DNA from: Bacteroidaceae bacterium | GTDB taxonomy: Bacteria > Bacteroidota > Bacteroidia > Bacteroidales > Bacteroidaceae | DNA: 64,000 nucleotides | Direction of reading: 5' to 3' | Assembly (NCBI GenBank): GCA_017445145.1 | Contig: JAFSVI010000144.1 | Coordinates: 36,992-100,991, forward strand | Shown here: in pieces, positions 13,649 through 23,016 of the stretch | Layout: the number at the start of each line of letters is the position of its first letter | Numbering within the stretch: position 1 is the first letter of the stretch | Position numbers and translations under genes: made by a program | Notes under the pieces: generated by a model | Told to the model about the DNA's origin: nothing | Database searches by the model: none | The model's input: only the letters and a program-made list of their open reading frames with translations

Positions 13649-15412
13649 TTATGGCCGGAAGAGGTGTGAGAATGAGGCGTCGTAGAGGCGGCTCAAGCCC
13701 TCGCGGTTGTCGATGGCCTCGCCCACGACGAGCATCGTGGTCAGCGTGAGGCCGTTGGCGTGGACCATGGCGGCGAGATCCTTGAGCTGTCCGCGATAGA
13801 TGCGCTGGTCGGGCCAGGTGAGATGGTAGCACGCGGCCACGGGCGTCTCGGGCGGATAGCCGCCGTCGAGGAGCTGCGCCTGCACGTCATCGACGATGCT
13901 GGCAGAGAGGAAGATGCACATCGTGGACTGCGAACGTGCCAGCAGACGGAGCTTCTCGCGCTCGGGCATCGGTGTGCGCCCCTCGCCGCGGGTGAGGATG
14001 ATGGTCTGCGTGCGCTCGGGGATGGTGAATTGCGAGCGCAGCTCGGCGGCAGCAGCGAGGAAGCTGCTGATGCCGGGTGTGATGTGGTAGCTCATGCCGT
14101 GGCGGTCGAAATAGGCCATCTGCTCCTCGATGGCGCCGAAGATGCAGGGGTCGCCCGTGTGGAGGCGCACGATGAGATGTCCGCGCTCGTAGTGCTGACG
14201 CATGAGTTCGCACTGCTCCTCGAGCGCCATGTCGGCCGACGAGCGCACCGTGGCGCCCGCCTTGTGGCACTCGGTGAGAGCCTTGGGCACGAGGCTCCCG
14301 GCGTAGAGGATGAGGTCGGCACGCTCCAGGAAGCGTCGGCCCTGCACGCTGATGAGGTCGGGGTTGCCCGGCCCTGCACCCACTATCTCCACATGCCCGT
14401 GGCGCAGACAGCGGCTGTCGATGGCGAGCGCCAGTGTCCAGGTGTCGGCTTTTACCTTCGGCAGTACAAGGTTGCCGTGGTTGCTGCCAAGGATGGCCGC
14501 CGCCTCGCACACGCTGGGCGTGCCAACGTGTTTGGCCACCGTGGCGCTGGGCGTGGGCACTTCAACCTGGTTTAGCTCGGAGGCCGTGAAGAAGACCACG
14601 GCGTGGCCATGGCGCTTGCGCAACATGCCGACAAAGGGTTCATCTGCCTTCACGTCGATGGTGCAAAAGCGCGCCACAGACGTGGGATGAATGCCGTGGG
14701 CAACGAGGGCGTCGGCCATCTCGCTGTAGATCTCCTCGTAGCGTGCGGGGCGGTGGGCAAGCCCAAAGCCCGCGGTGGCAACCTTGGGCACGAAGTGGAG
14801 GCACGCCACTCCGGCGGGGGCGCGGCGCACGAATGGCGACACGACGACCACGAGGGCGAACCTGTCGGGCGTGGCATCGTCGATGGTGCTGATGGCGGTG
14901 ACGTGGGGTGGCATCGTGGTCTCAAGGTATTCGGTGCCCGCGTCGCGCACGTCGAGCAGCAGCGCCGTGGGTTTGCGGTTGACGAAGGCGAAGATGCATT
15001 GGTTCATGTCGGGCGCACCGGCAATGGTCCAGCCGAAGCGCGGCGCCAGCGTGTCGAGAGCCCACAGGCCCGCCACATCGCTCTGGGTGGTGACGACGGC
15101 TTCGCCGCCGATGGCTGCCGCCAGATGCGTGGCCAGGGCGTTGGCACCGCCGATATGCCCGGAGAGCACGGCGATGACCTTTTGCCCGAGGCTGTCGATG
15201 CACACCACGGCGGGGTCGGTGTGCTTGTCCTCGACCAGCGGGGCTATGGTGCGCACGCAGATGCCCAATGCCCCGACGAAGACGAAGGCGTCGAAGTCGT
15301 GCCAGCGCGTGGCCACGTCGCTGCGGCGGAGCATCTCGCCCGACAGCTCCTGCGCCACACGGCTCGCCACCTGCTGGCCGGCCTCACTGATTTGCAGTAT
15401 TGCTACTTTCAT
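13649..15412 (-). CDS. cbiG/cbiF: Fused cobalt-precorrin-5A hydrolase (CbiG) and precorrin-4 C11-methyltransferase (CbiF/CobM)
   Basis: 587 aa. The N-terminus is MKVAILQISEAGQQVA..VFVGALGICVRTIAP..VVCIDSLGQ (CbiG). The C-terminus is VEIVGAGPGNPDLISVQG..LILYAGSLVP..RLHTGDPCIFGAIEEQM..TPGISSFLAAAA..IILTR (CbiF). Confidence 0.8.
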   Translation of the reverse strand: MKVAILQISEAGQQVASRVAQELSGEMLRRSDVATRWHDFDAFVFVGALGICVRTIAPLVEDKHTDPAVVCIDSLGQKVIAVLSGHIGGANALATHLAAAIGGEAVVTTQSDVAGLWALDTLAPRFGWTIAGAPDMNQCIFAFVNRKPTALLLDVRDAGTEYLETTMPPHVTAISTIDDATPDRFALVVVVSPFVRRAPAGVACLHFVPKVATAGFGLAHRPARYEEIYSEMADALVAHGIHPTSVARFCTIDVKADEPFVGMLRKRHGHAVVFFTASELNQVEVPTPSATVAKHVGTPSVCEAAAILGSNHGNLVLPKVKADTWTLALAIDSRCLRHGHVEIVGAGPGNPDLISVQGRRFLERADLILYAGSLVPKALTECHKAGATVRSSADMALEEQCELMRQHYERGHLIVRLHTGDPCIFGAIEEQMAYFDRHGMSYHITPGISSFLAAAAELRSQFTIPERTQTIILTRGEGRTPMPEREKLRLLARSQSTMCIFLSASIVDDVQAQLLDGGYPPETPVAACYHLTWPDQRIYRGQLKDLAAMVHANGLTLTTMLVVGEAIDNREGLSRLYDASFSHLFRP

Positions 15413-15462
15413 TATGTGTTGCTTGTACTTGTATGCGTTATAGGCACGGATGGCGGTAGCTG

Positions 15463-16722
15463 TCAGCCGGCCACCACGGCCTTGAGTATCTCTATGGGGT
15501 TATTGTCGTTGAGCTGAATGCGCATGGGCGGCTCCTGTCTGAGGCCGAGCGCGCGGCATGCCTCGTCCCACATCTGGCGGCTCGGCGCGCGGTGGGGCGT
15601 GAGGCTATCCACGACGGCCGACGTCACGCTGTTCATCACGACGACGCCACCTGCTGGCAGGCGGTTCACGACCTTGGACATGATGGCCGCCAGCTGGCCG
15701 CCATGGCCGCCGATGAACACGGCATCGGGGGCGGCGACCTTGGACATGGTGGCGGCGTCCTCACACAGCGTACAGAAGTCGCCGATGTGGACATTGATGC
15801 CTGGCGTGCCGAAGCGGCGGGCATTGCGGCCGATGATGTCCTCGCATTCGGGCCGCACCTCAAACGCCTCCACGCGCAGGTGGGGAAACAGAAGGCGCGC
15901 CTCGATGCTCACCGACCCCGTGCACGCCCCGATGTCCCACAGCACACGGCGGCGCGGCAGGTCCAGTGCCTGCAGCGTGAGGAGGCGGACGGGCATCTTC
16001 GTGATCATCTTCTCGCGGCCGTCGAGAAGGGCAAACTCACCCTCGGGCAGACCATAGCGGCGACACTGCCGCGCTGTCGTTGCTCCTTCTGAGCCACGTC
16101 GCTCGCGTATGGCCATGACGCAGTTGGGCATCGCCACCTCCATGCCGTCGGCATAGGGGCGCACGCGCTCCAGCTCCGGGTTGCCAAGGCGCTCGCCAAC
16201 GAATACGCTATAGTCCGTGTAGCCATAGTCGCGCATGCGGCCCACGATGGCTGCGGGCGTGTGGTCGCGGTCGGTGAGGATGCCTATCATGGGCGCACGC
16301 TCGATGAGGGCGCGGTCCAGCTCGTGCCACGGCCGCCCGGTGAGCGACACGACGCGCATGTCGTGGTAGGGCAGGCACAGGCGGTGGGCCAGCATCTGCA
16401 GGGAGTTGGGCGCTGGCACCACGCGCATGGCAGCGTCGGGGAACTCGCGGCGCAGCGTCACGGCAAAGCCGTAGAATAGCGGGTCGCCGCTGGCAAACAC
16501 CACAATCGTCCCGCTGCCGACAGCGCGGTAGCGCTCCCACACGCCTTGTAGCGGCACGACGATGTCTATCCACTGCGCCCCGGGGGGCAGCAGGTGAGCC
16601 ACAAGCTCGTGGTGGCGACGCCCGCCGGAGAACACCTGCGCGCTGCCAATCAGCTCCGCCACTTCGGGGGCGAAATGGGGATTGGGCGCATCTGTGATGC
16701 CCACGACCACAAACGTCAGCAT
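15463..16722 (-). CDS. cobL: Precorrin-6Y C5,15-methyltransferase (decarboxylating), fused CbiE/CbiT (CobL)
   Basis: ORF track 15463..16764, trimmed to MLTFVVVGITD.. (ATG at 16722). Also ..IVVFASGDPLFYGF.. (CbiE) and ..LWDIGACTGSVSIEA.. (the CbiT SAM-binding region). Confidence 0.8.
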   Translation of the reverse strand: MLTFVVVGITDAPNPHFAPEVAELIGSAQVFSGGRRHHELVAHLLPPGAQWIDIVVPLQGVWERYRAVGSGTIVVFASGDPLFYGFAVTLRREFPDAAMRVVPAPNSLQMLAHRLCLPYHDMRVVSLTGRPWHELDRALIERAPMIGILTDRDHTPAAIVGRMRDYGYTDYSVFVGERLGNPELERVRPYADGMEVAMPNCVMAIRERRGSEGATTARQCRRYGLPEGEFALLDGREKMITKMPVRLLTLQALDLPRRRVLWDIGACTGSVSIEARLLFPHLRVEAFEVRPECEDIIGRNARRFGTPGINVHIGDFCTLCEDAATMSKVAAPDAVFIGGHGGQLAAIMSKVVNRLPAGGVVVMNSVTSAVVDSLTPHRAPSRQMWDEACRALGLRQEPPMRIQLNDNNPIEILKAVVAG

Positions 16723-16750
16723 GGCATGGCAGCTGCGAGGTGGGACGTTG

Positions 16751-17749
16751 TCATTTAACCTCATTGGCCAGCTCCTTGCCTTCGGCGAAGTCGAGGACGT
16801 TCTGTAGCGTGGTGGCGGCGATGTTGTGGGTGGCCTCGCGCGTGAAGAAAGCCTGGTGCGAGGTGACGATGACGTTGGGCATCATCAGCAGCAGGGCCAG
16901 CTTGTCGTCGTCGATCATCTTGTCCGAACGGTCCTCATAGAAGTAGTTGGCCTCCTCCTCATACACGTCAAGCCCGGCAGCACCCACCTGATGGGAGCGC
17001 AGGCCCTCGATGAGATCCTCTGTCTTGATGAGCTTGCCGCGGCCGGTGTTGATGATCATGACGCCGAACTTCATCTTCGTGATGGAGTCGCTGTTGATGA
17101 TGAACTTGGTGTCGTCGTTGAGCGGACAGTGGAGCGAGATGATGTCCGACTGCTCATATAGCTCGTCGAGCGACACGAGCTTCACCTGATAGTCCTCGGC
17201 AAACTGCTTGTCGGGGTACAGGTCGTAGGCCAGCACGTTCATGCCGAAGCCACGCAGGATCTTGATAAGCTCCTTGGCGATGCGGCCCATGCCGATGAGG
17301 CCGGCCGTCTTGCCGTGCATGTCGAAGCCCAGCAGGCCGTTGAGCTTGAAGTTGCCTTCGCGAGTGCGATACACCGAGCGATACACCTTGCGGTTGAGGG
17401 TGAGCATGAGCGTCACGGCATATTCGGCCACGGCATGGGGCGAATACGCCGGCACGCGCACCACGCGGATGCCATGCCTGTGGGCGGCATGCACATCGAC
17501 GTTGTTGAAGCCGGCGCAGCGCAGGGCGATGAGTTTCACGCCATAGGAGGCCATGCGCTCGATGACATTGGCATCGCACTCGGCGTTGACGAAGATACAC
17601 ACCGCGTCGGCACCCTGTGTCAGCGACACGGTGTTCATGCTCAGCCGCTCCTTATAATAATGTATGTCGAACCCAAAGTCCTGGTTCACCTTGGCAAAGG
17701 TGTCGCGGTCGTAGCTCTTGGAATCGAAGAAAGCAATTCTGATATTCAT
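16751..17749 (-). CDS. ldhA: D-lactate dehydrogenase / D-isomer-specific 2-hydroxyacid dehydrogenase
   Basis: 332 aa. MNIRIAFFDSKSYDRDTF..LRCAGFNNVD..GLIGMGRIAKE..HCPL.. (NAD-binding Rossmann motif). Confidence 0.8.
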   Translation of the reverse strand: MNIRIAFFDSKSYDRDTFAKVNQDFGFDIHYYKERLSMNTVSLTQGADAVCIFVNAECDANVIERMASYGVKLIALRCAGFNNVDVHAAHRHGIRVVRVPAYSPHAVAEYAVTLMLTLNRKVYRSVYRTREGNFKLNGLLGFDMHGKTAGLIGMGRIAKELIKILRGFGMNVLAYDLYPDKQFAEDYQVKLVSLDELYEQSDIISLHCPLNDDTKFIINSDSITKMKFGVMIINTGRGKLIKTEDLIEGLRSHQVGAAGLDVYEEEANYFYEDRSDKMIDDDKLALLLMMPNVIVTSHQAFFTREATHNIAATTLQNVLDFAEGKELANEVK

Positions 17750-17776
17750 TGTTGATAGGGTTTATGTGTGTGATGA

Positions 17777-18472
17777 TTATTGGATTCCCATTAGGCGAAG
17801 CACCAAGGGTGCCAGCAAGGCCGTGAGCAAGCCGTTGAGGATGAGGCCCAGCGAGGCGTAGGTGCCGTAGGTCTGACCCTTCTCCATGGCGCGCGAGGTG
17901 CCCACGGCGTGAGAGGCTGTGCCGATGCTCAACCCCTGCGAATAGGGGTTTTTGACGTGCCACACCTCAAGCACCTTGAAGCCAAACACGGCTCCAAACA
18001 GGCCCACGGTGACGACAATGGCCGCCGTCAGCGAGGGTATGCCACCCATGGCGCGGCACACCTCCATGGCGATGGGCGTGGTGACGGACTTGGGTGCCAG
18101 CGAGATGACGGTCTCGCGCGAGGCTCCCGCCACATGGGCTATGCCCACCACGCTCACCAGGCCCACCACGCATCCGGCCAGCTGGCTGAGGAAGATGGGC
18201 AGAAACTGGCGGCGTATCTGCCCCAGGTGGCGGTACAGCGGCACGCCCAGCGCCACGATGGCGGGCCTGAGCCAGAACTCGATGTAGCTGCCGGCGGCAG
18301 AATAGGTCTCGTAGCTGATGCCTGACGCCTTCAGCAACGCTATGAGCACCACGATGGTCACGAGGATGGGATTGAGCACAATCCAGCCTGTTAGCTTCTG
18401 CAGCTGACGCGCACCGTAGAAGATGCCGAAGGTCAGTGCCAGCAACACGATGTTGTTATTCAGTATCTCCAT
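17777..18472 (-). CDS. lrgB: LrgB-family membrane protein
   Basis: ORF track 17777..18517, trimmed to MEILNNNIVLLALTFGIFYGARQLQK.. (ATG at 18472). Also ..LAPKSVTTPIAMEV... It overlaps the lrgA 3' end. Confidence 0.8.
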   Translation of the reverse strand: MEILNNNIVLLALTFGIFYGARQLQKLTGWIVLNPILVTIVVLIALLKASGISYETYSAAGSYIEFWLRPAIVALGVPLYRHLGQIRRQFLPIFLSQLAGCVVGLVSVVGIAHVAGASRETVISLAPKSVTTPIAMEVCRAMGGIPSLTAAIVVTVGLFGAVFGFKVLEVWHVKNPYSQGLSIGTASHAVGTSRAMEKGQTYGTYASLGLILNGLLTALLAPLVLRLMGIQ

Positions 18473-18803
18473 GGCGCTTGAAGAGTTGATGGGTCCAGCC
18501 TGTGACAACGAGCACAAGCACCGTGCTCACCACCGTGGCCACAACAATGGGCACGAACTCGGCCTTGATGACGTCGAGATAGAGCATCAAGGCCACGCCG
18601 GGCGGCACAAAGAAGAAACCCATGTTGGAAATGAGGAAGTCTGAAATGCCACTCACCCACTCCACCTTGATGGCACGCAGGTGGAGAAGCAGGGTGAGCA
18701 GGAGCATGCCAATGATGCTGCTGGGGATGGTGATGTGCGTGAGCCACACGACAATCTCCCCCAGTGCCAGGCAACCGAAGATGATGAAACACTGACGAAT
18801 CAT
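18456..18803 (-). CDS. lrgA: CidA/LrgA-family holin-like membrane protein
   Basis: 115 aa. MIRQCFIIFGCLALGEIVVWLTHITIPSSIIGMLLL... It has four hydrophobic segments and is paired with lrgB. Confidence 0.8.
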   Translation of the reverse strand: MIRQCFIIFGCLALGEIVVWLTHITIPSSIIGMLLLTLLLHLRAIKVEWVSGISDFLISNMGFFFVPPGVALMLYLDVIKAEFVPIVVATVVSTVLVLVVTGWTHQLFKRHGDTE

Positions 18804-18851
18804 AATGTCGAAAGGGAGTCTGCCTCAAACACGAGGGGCAAACCACGGTGA

Positions 18852-18859
18852 CAAAAGTA
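18852..18859 (-). promoter_or_regulatory. -7 promoter box TACTTTTG (minus strand)
   Basis: The plus strand reads caaaagta. The box is 49 nt upstream of the lrgA ATG. Confidence 0.45.
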
Positions 18860-19019
18860 GCAACTTTCCACGACGTGGCCAAAGGTTTTCACCATTTTTT
18901 GGCCGAAAGCCGCAAAAATGCGCTTGGCGCTTGGCACAACCTGCATGGCAAAGCGCGGCGAAGTGGACGCAGCAAGCACTTTTCTTTGCCTTTTTCTTGG
19001 CCGTTACCCAAACTTTGCC

Positions 19020-19027
19020 TACATTTG
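19020..19027 (+). promoter_or_regulatory. -7 promoter box TACATTTG (plus strand)
   Basis: The box matches TAnnTTTG and lies about 90 nt upstream of the mce ATG. Confidence 0.45.
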
Positions 19028-19116
19028 CAGCCGCAAATGCGGCACTGGGCAACGGAGGCCTTGCGCCGCACCACCACAGACCTATCAACCCATTATCACT
19101 AATTCCTACAACAACA

Positions 19117-19530
19117 ATGAAGATTTCAAAGATTGAACATCTGGGCATTGCCGTGCAGAGCATAGAGGAGGCATTGCCATTCTACGAGAATGTCCTGGGC
19201 CTGAAGTGCTACAAGACGGAAGTCGTCGAGGACCAGAAGGTGAAGACCGCCTTCCTCAAGGTGGGCGAGGTGAAGCTCGAGCTGCTCGAACCCACATGCC
19301 CCGAGAGCACCATACAGAAGTGGCTCGACAAGGGCAACAAGGGTGTCCACCATGTGGCGTTCTGCATTGAGGACGGAGTGGCCAACTCGCTGGCTGAGTG
19401 CGACGCCAAGGGCATCCGCCTCATCGATGCCGCCCCGCGCAAGGGTGCCGACGGCTTGCAGATTGCTTTCCTCCACCCGAAGTCAACGGTGGGTGTGCTC
19501 ACCGAGCTGTGTGAGGACCCCAACAAGTAA
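19117..19530 (+). CDS. mce: Methylmalonyl-CoA epimerase (VOC/glyoxalase fold)
   Basis: ORF track 18805..19530, trimmed to MKISKIEHLGIAVQSIEEALPFYENVLGL..VKLELLEP..GVHHVAF..IAFLHPKST. Confidence 0.8.
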   Translation: MKISKIEHLGIAVQSIEEALPFYENVLGLKCYKTEVVEDQKVKTAFLKVGEVKLELLEPTCPESTIQKWLDKGNKGVHHVAFCIEDGVANSLAECDAKGIRLIDAAPRKGADGLQIAFLHPKSTVGVLTELCEDPNK

Positions 19531-19562
19531 TAGCCCCGCCAGACATTGGCAGATATATAGCG

Positions 19563-19603
19563 CGACACCGCGGTAAAGCCTCAAGCTTTGCCGCGGTGTC
19601 GCG
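19563..19603. terminator. Bidirectional terminator hairpin between convergent mce and the CotH gene
   Basis: gcgacaccgcggtaaagc-ctca-gctttgccgcggtgtcgc forms an 18-bp stem with one G-T pair and is followed by gtttgg. Confidence 0.7.
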
Positions 19604-19622
19604 TTTGGTGGTGGCGCAGGTG

Positions 19623-22124
19623 TCAGTCAACGAGCACCTTACGGCCGTTGACGATGTAGAGGCCACGCGGCAGACCATCGCGCCAGTTGCCACCCGTCAC
19701 GCCCTGGCGCAGACGCACACCGCGCAGGTCATAGACATCGAACGTCGAGGGTGCTGCCGTGTGGTTGCCTGTGGGGAGGGCTTGCTCCTCGCCATCGGCA
19801 GGAAGCTCCTCGATGGCGTTGGCGATGTCGTAGGGGGTGAGATGCGAGTAGATGTAGTTGGCACGCTGCTGCAGCCAGCGCTTGGCATTGGTCGTGACGG
19901 TGGCATAGCCGCTGCCGTCCCACCACATGGAAGCATTGTGCTCGAGCGACGGCTGTGCGTAGGCGTAGTACTCGTCGCAGAAGTCGAGAAGCTCGTCGAG
20001 GCCACCCTCCTCCATGAACCTGTGCCACACATAATATATAGTACGGTCGAGTGGCTCGCCGCATCTGCGCAGTGCCGACCAGAACGAGTTTTTCTCCATG
20101 GACTTCGCCGTGAGCAGGCTGCTCTGCTGCCCGGTGGTGAAATAGGTGCTCTGTGCCAGCTCGTGGCCAAAGGCCCAGTCGAGATCCCACACGGGTCCCC
20201 ACGTCCAGCGGCTGGCAGGGTCGCTGATATCGGGGTGGTAGAGGTATGTGCTCTTGGGATGCATGATCTCGAGGTTGAGTATGAGGTCGTTGACAGCGTA
20301 GAAGCGTGCCAGTGCGTCGATATCGACACAGGTGGAGATATCTGTGCGTTGCGCCACCTCGTTGAGCATGGCATTGAAGCTGACCTTGATGTCGTCGATG
20401 GTCAACGATGTCTCGTCGTCGATGAAATTGGGGTACTTCACCTTGGCGGGCAGGGAATAGCGCGTGGTGGTGAACAGCGTCTCGTCGGCATCGGGGGAGT
20501 AGGTGTCGAGTTCAATGAGCGCGGCATGCATATCGTCGGCCAGGTCGATGCTGTTGTTGTGGAAGCCCAGTTTCTCTGTGAAGTTGTAGCTGCCGCGGTA
20601 CTCGCCGTTGATGTACAGCTCCACCGGCACGATGTGGTTGTAGGCCACGGAGCCGATGATGCCGGCGGCCTTCATGCCTATGGCGTTGGTGGTCATGGAG
20701 CCATTGATTTTGTTGGCAAGAAGCACCCAGCTCTTGCCCTTGGTGAGGCCGAAGGGCTTCACCTTCTCCTCAAACTTCAGGCGATAGGGGTTCTTGGGTG
20801 AATACCAATACACATTGCTGTCCCATGAGCTGTTGCCGCGGCCTTTGACCTGCACGGGTGTGGCCTCCATGCTGGGAAACACGCCGGCACCGTCGATGGT
20901 GATGGTGGCGTCGATATAGTACTCCTTGGAGTAGATGGCATCCCAGCCGTCGGCGAGGTCGAGGTCTATGCGCGGCACGTTGGTGGCCCTGTCGGTCGGG
21001 AAGTCGAGATGCACGGTGTAGTCAAGCCCCAGCGGCACCATGTTGCAATGGCCGGTGGCGGTCGATGGCGTTGTGCCGCCGCCGCTCTGTGTCACCTTGT
21101 ACAGGCGCAGCTCCGAGAGGCAGAGGTAATTCTTGTAGTTGGCGGCCGTCATTACGAGGCGCACCCGCGAGAAATTGCCACCAAGGTCGATGGTCGGCGA
21201 CGTGTATTCGCCCTGCAAGGGGAGGCCGTCGGCATCGGCCGACAGCTGTTTCACCGTGGTCCACGTGGTGCCGTTGGCGCTCACCTGTATGTCCCAAGCC
21301 AGCGGCGAACGGTTGGCATTGTCCATGCGCGTGCAGTAATATACTTGCAGGTGGTGTATGGCTTCGGGCAACTGGGCCTCAATCCACGGCGACTCATCGA
21401 GCGAGAGCTTCGCGTAGGGGCCGTTGTCGCCCCATGTGGAGTGGAAGAAGGTGGCGGTGTTGCCGTCGAGAAGCTGGTCCAGGTCCTCGATGTCGGGGTA
21501 GTTGCTCGGGGCATTGGTGGAGAGTTTGTCGGCCGTGAGGGCTATGAGTTCTGCCGTCTCTGTGGCCTGCTGTGCGGGCGTGGTGTCGTCGGCATCCACA
21601 TAACGGCGCAGCACGGTGCGCCCTGGCAGTGCCACGGTATATACCTTGTCCTCGGTAAAATGCTGCCGCGAGCGCTTGCTGCGCTGCTCCACCCCGTCAA
21701 CATACACCTTGGCATAGTCGCTCGAACACTGGAACGACGGCGTACACCACTTGCCGATGGCCGGCACGGTGGCGGTGAGGCGTGTGCCCGCCGCCGGGTC
21801 GAGTATGATGTCGGTGAAGATGTTGCTGTTGTATTTGTTGTTGAACTTGAACACCGTCAGCCAAGGATTGTCGGTAGGCCCCGTCTGGCTCTCGCTGACG
21901 ATGTCGGCACGGCGGATGGTGTGGCGCCCACCGTCGATGTCGGTGAACACGAGCTGGGTGGTGCTCTGACTGCGCTCCTTCACGAGTGCTGCCGGGTAGG
22001 CTTGGATGGAGCCGTCGTTGAGGCGTATGAACGTGGTATCGGCTCTCTGGGCAGCGACGGCGCTACACGTCAGCGCCACGACAGCCGTGGCGATGCCTCG
22101 CAATGGTGATATGAATGATGGCAT
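19623..22124 (-). CDS. Secreted CotH-family (atypical kinase fold) protein with an F5/8 type C (discoidin) domain and a T9SS C-terminal sorting domain
   Basis: ORF track 19623..22238, trimmed to MPSFISPLRGIATAVVALTCSAVAAQ (signal peptide; ATG at 22124). The discoidin-like part is ..LLDGNTATFFHSTW..LSELRLYKV. The CotH-like part is ..KNPYRLKFEEKVKPFGL..VELYINGEYRGSYNFTEK..VWDLDWAFG. The CTD is ..FDVYDLRGVRL..GLYIVNGRKVLVD. Confidence 0.75.
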   Translation of the reverse strand: MPSFISPLRGIATAVVALTCSAVAAQRADTTFIRLNDGSIQAYPAALVKERSQSTTQLVFTDIDGGRHTIRRADIVSESQTGPTDNPWLTVFKFNNKYNSNIFTDIILDPAAGTRLTATVPAIGKWCTPSFQCSSDYAKVYVDGVEQRSKRSRQHFTEDKVYTVALPGRTVLRRYVDADDTTPAQQATETAELIALTADKLSTNAPSNYPDIEDLDQLLDGNTATFFHSTWGDNGPYAKLSLDESPWIEAQLPEAIHHLQVYYCTRMDNANRSPLAWDIQVSANGTTWTTVKQLSADADGLPLQGEYTSPTIDLGGNFSRVRLVMTAANYKNYLCLSELRLYKVTQSGGGTTPSTATGHCNMVPLGLDYTVHLDFPTDRATNVPRIDLDLADGWDAIYSKEYYIDATITIDGAGVFPSMEATPVQVKGRGNSSWDSNVYWYSPKNPYRLKFEEKVKPFGLTKGKSWVLLANKINGSMTTNAIGMKAAGIIGSVAYNHIVPVELYINGEYRGSYNFTEKLGFHNNSIDLADDMHAALIELDTYSPDADETLFTTTRYSLPAKVKYPNFIDDETSLTIDDIKVSFNAMLNEVAQRTDISTCVDIDALARFYAVNDLILNLEIMHPKSTYLYHPDISDPASRWTWGPVWDLDWAFGHELAQSTYFTTGQQSSLLTAKSMEKNSFWSALRRCGEPLDRTIYYVWHRFMEEGGLDELLDFCDEYYAYAQPSLEHNASMWWDGSGYATVTTNAKRWLQQRANYIYSHLTPYDIANAIEELPADGEEQALPTGNHTAAPSTFDVYDLRGVRLRQGVTGGNWRDGLPRGLYIVNGRKVLVD

Positions 22125-22152
22125 AGTAGTTAGTTTAGCTGTTATTGCGGCG

Positions 22153-22160
22153 CAAAGGTA
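22153..22160 (-). promoter_or_regulatory. -7 promoter box TACCTTTG (minus strand)
   Basis: The plus strand reads caaaggta. The box is 29 nt upstream of the CotH-gene ATG (22124). Confidence 0.55.
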
Positions 22161-22245
22161 TGCATTTCCTCTTGAAATTCGGTTAAAGAAGTGTAAGAAA
22201 ATAGCATAAAAAGTGTAAATCCTTGCTTTTCGAGCCACAAAGGCT

Positions 22246-22253
22246 TACCTTTG
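22246..22253 (+). promoter_or_regulatory. -7 promoter box TACCTTTG (plus strand)
   Basis: The box is only 9 nt upstream of the ATG at 22262. This implies either a leaderless mRNA or a start at the next ATG (22274). Confidence 0.45.
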
Positions 22254-22261
22254 CGGCCGCA

Positions 22262-22942
22262 ATGACCAAAACAATGTACACCACATTGCTGGAGCTGCCC
22301 CTCTTCCAGGGGCTTGGTGCAGACACACTGACCGCCATCATCGAGACCTGCGAGATGGATTTCCACACCGCACCCGCAGGACACACGCTGTGGCGCGACG
22401 GCGACACCTGCACGGGGCTCACCTTCCTCATCAAGGGCTGCCTCGACGCCACCGCCACCTCTGCCGACGGCACATGGCGCGTCACCGAGGAGTTGCGTGC
22501 GCCGGCCGTGGTGGGTTTGGAGGTGCTCTACGGCTCGCGCCGCACCCATCGGCACACCCTATCGGCGCAGGTGGCATCGCGCATGATGCACATCGACAAG
22601 CCCACTGTGGCTTCGCTCATCAAGAACTACGAGGTTTTTCGCCTCAACGTGCTCAACTCTCTCACCTCGCAGGTGATACACTCTGCCACGCCGCTGTGGC
22701 TGCCTCCACAGGAGACAACGGAGGGCCGCATCGTCAACTTCTTCCACTGCCATGTGCAGCGCCCGGCAGGGTACAAGGTCTTTGACATCTCGCAGGCCAC
22801 TCTGGGTGCCTATCTGGGCGAGGACCCGCGCTATGTGGCCCGCGCGCTGGCCACGCTGGCACACGAGGGACTGATTCGCACCGGGCGGCGCCGCGTCGAG
22901 GTGCCTCAGTTTGAGCGCCTCCTCCACCGCTACCAGGCCTGA
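22262..22942 (+). CDS. Crp/Fnr-family transcriptional regulator (cNMP-binding domain plus C-terminal HTH)
   Basis: MTKTMYTTLLELPLFQGLGADTLTAII..GDTCTGLTFLIKG.., with C-terminus ..ISQATLGAYLGEDPRYVARALATLAHEGLI... Confidence 0.7.
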   Translation: MTKTMYTTLLELPLFQGLGADTLTAIIETCEMDFHTAPAGHTLWRDGDTCTGLTFLIKGCLDATATSADGTWRVTEELRAPAVVGLEVLYGSRRTHRHTLSAQVASRMMHIDKPTVASLIKNYEVFRLNVLNSLTSQVIHSATPLWLPPQETTEGRIVNFFHCHVQRPAGYKVFDISQATLGAYLGEDPRYVARALATLAHEGLIRTGRRRVEVPQFERLLHRYQA

Positions 22943-23016
22943 CCGCCGTGGCCCCAGGCCCGCGCCACCAGCAAACCGATAGTCACGATTCAACGGAACG
23001 TCAATATCTTCACCCA

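Noticed and set aside
18804-19116. A possible cobalamin riboswitch in the lrgA/mce divergent region (GGTGAAAACC and GCCAC on the minus strand; GGGAGTCTGCC on the plus strand)
   Set aside because: The pieces lie on inconsistent strands and in the wrong order, and there is no GCCACTG core or proper B12 box. Neither lrgA nor mce is an expected target. A covariance-model scan would settle it.
19596-22109. Plus-strand ORFs 19596..20801 and 21009..22109
   Set aside because: Both are antisense to the CotH/discoidin gene.
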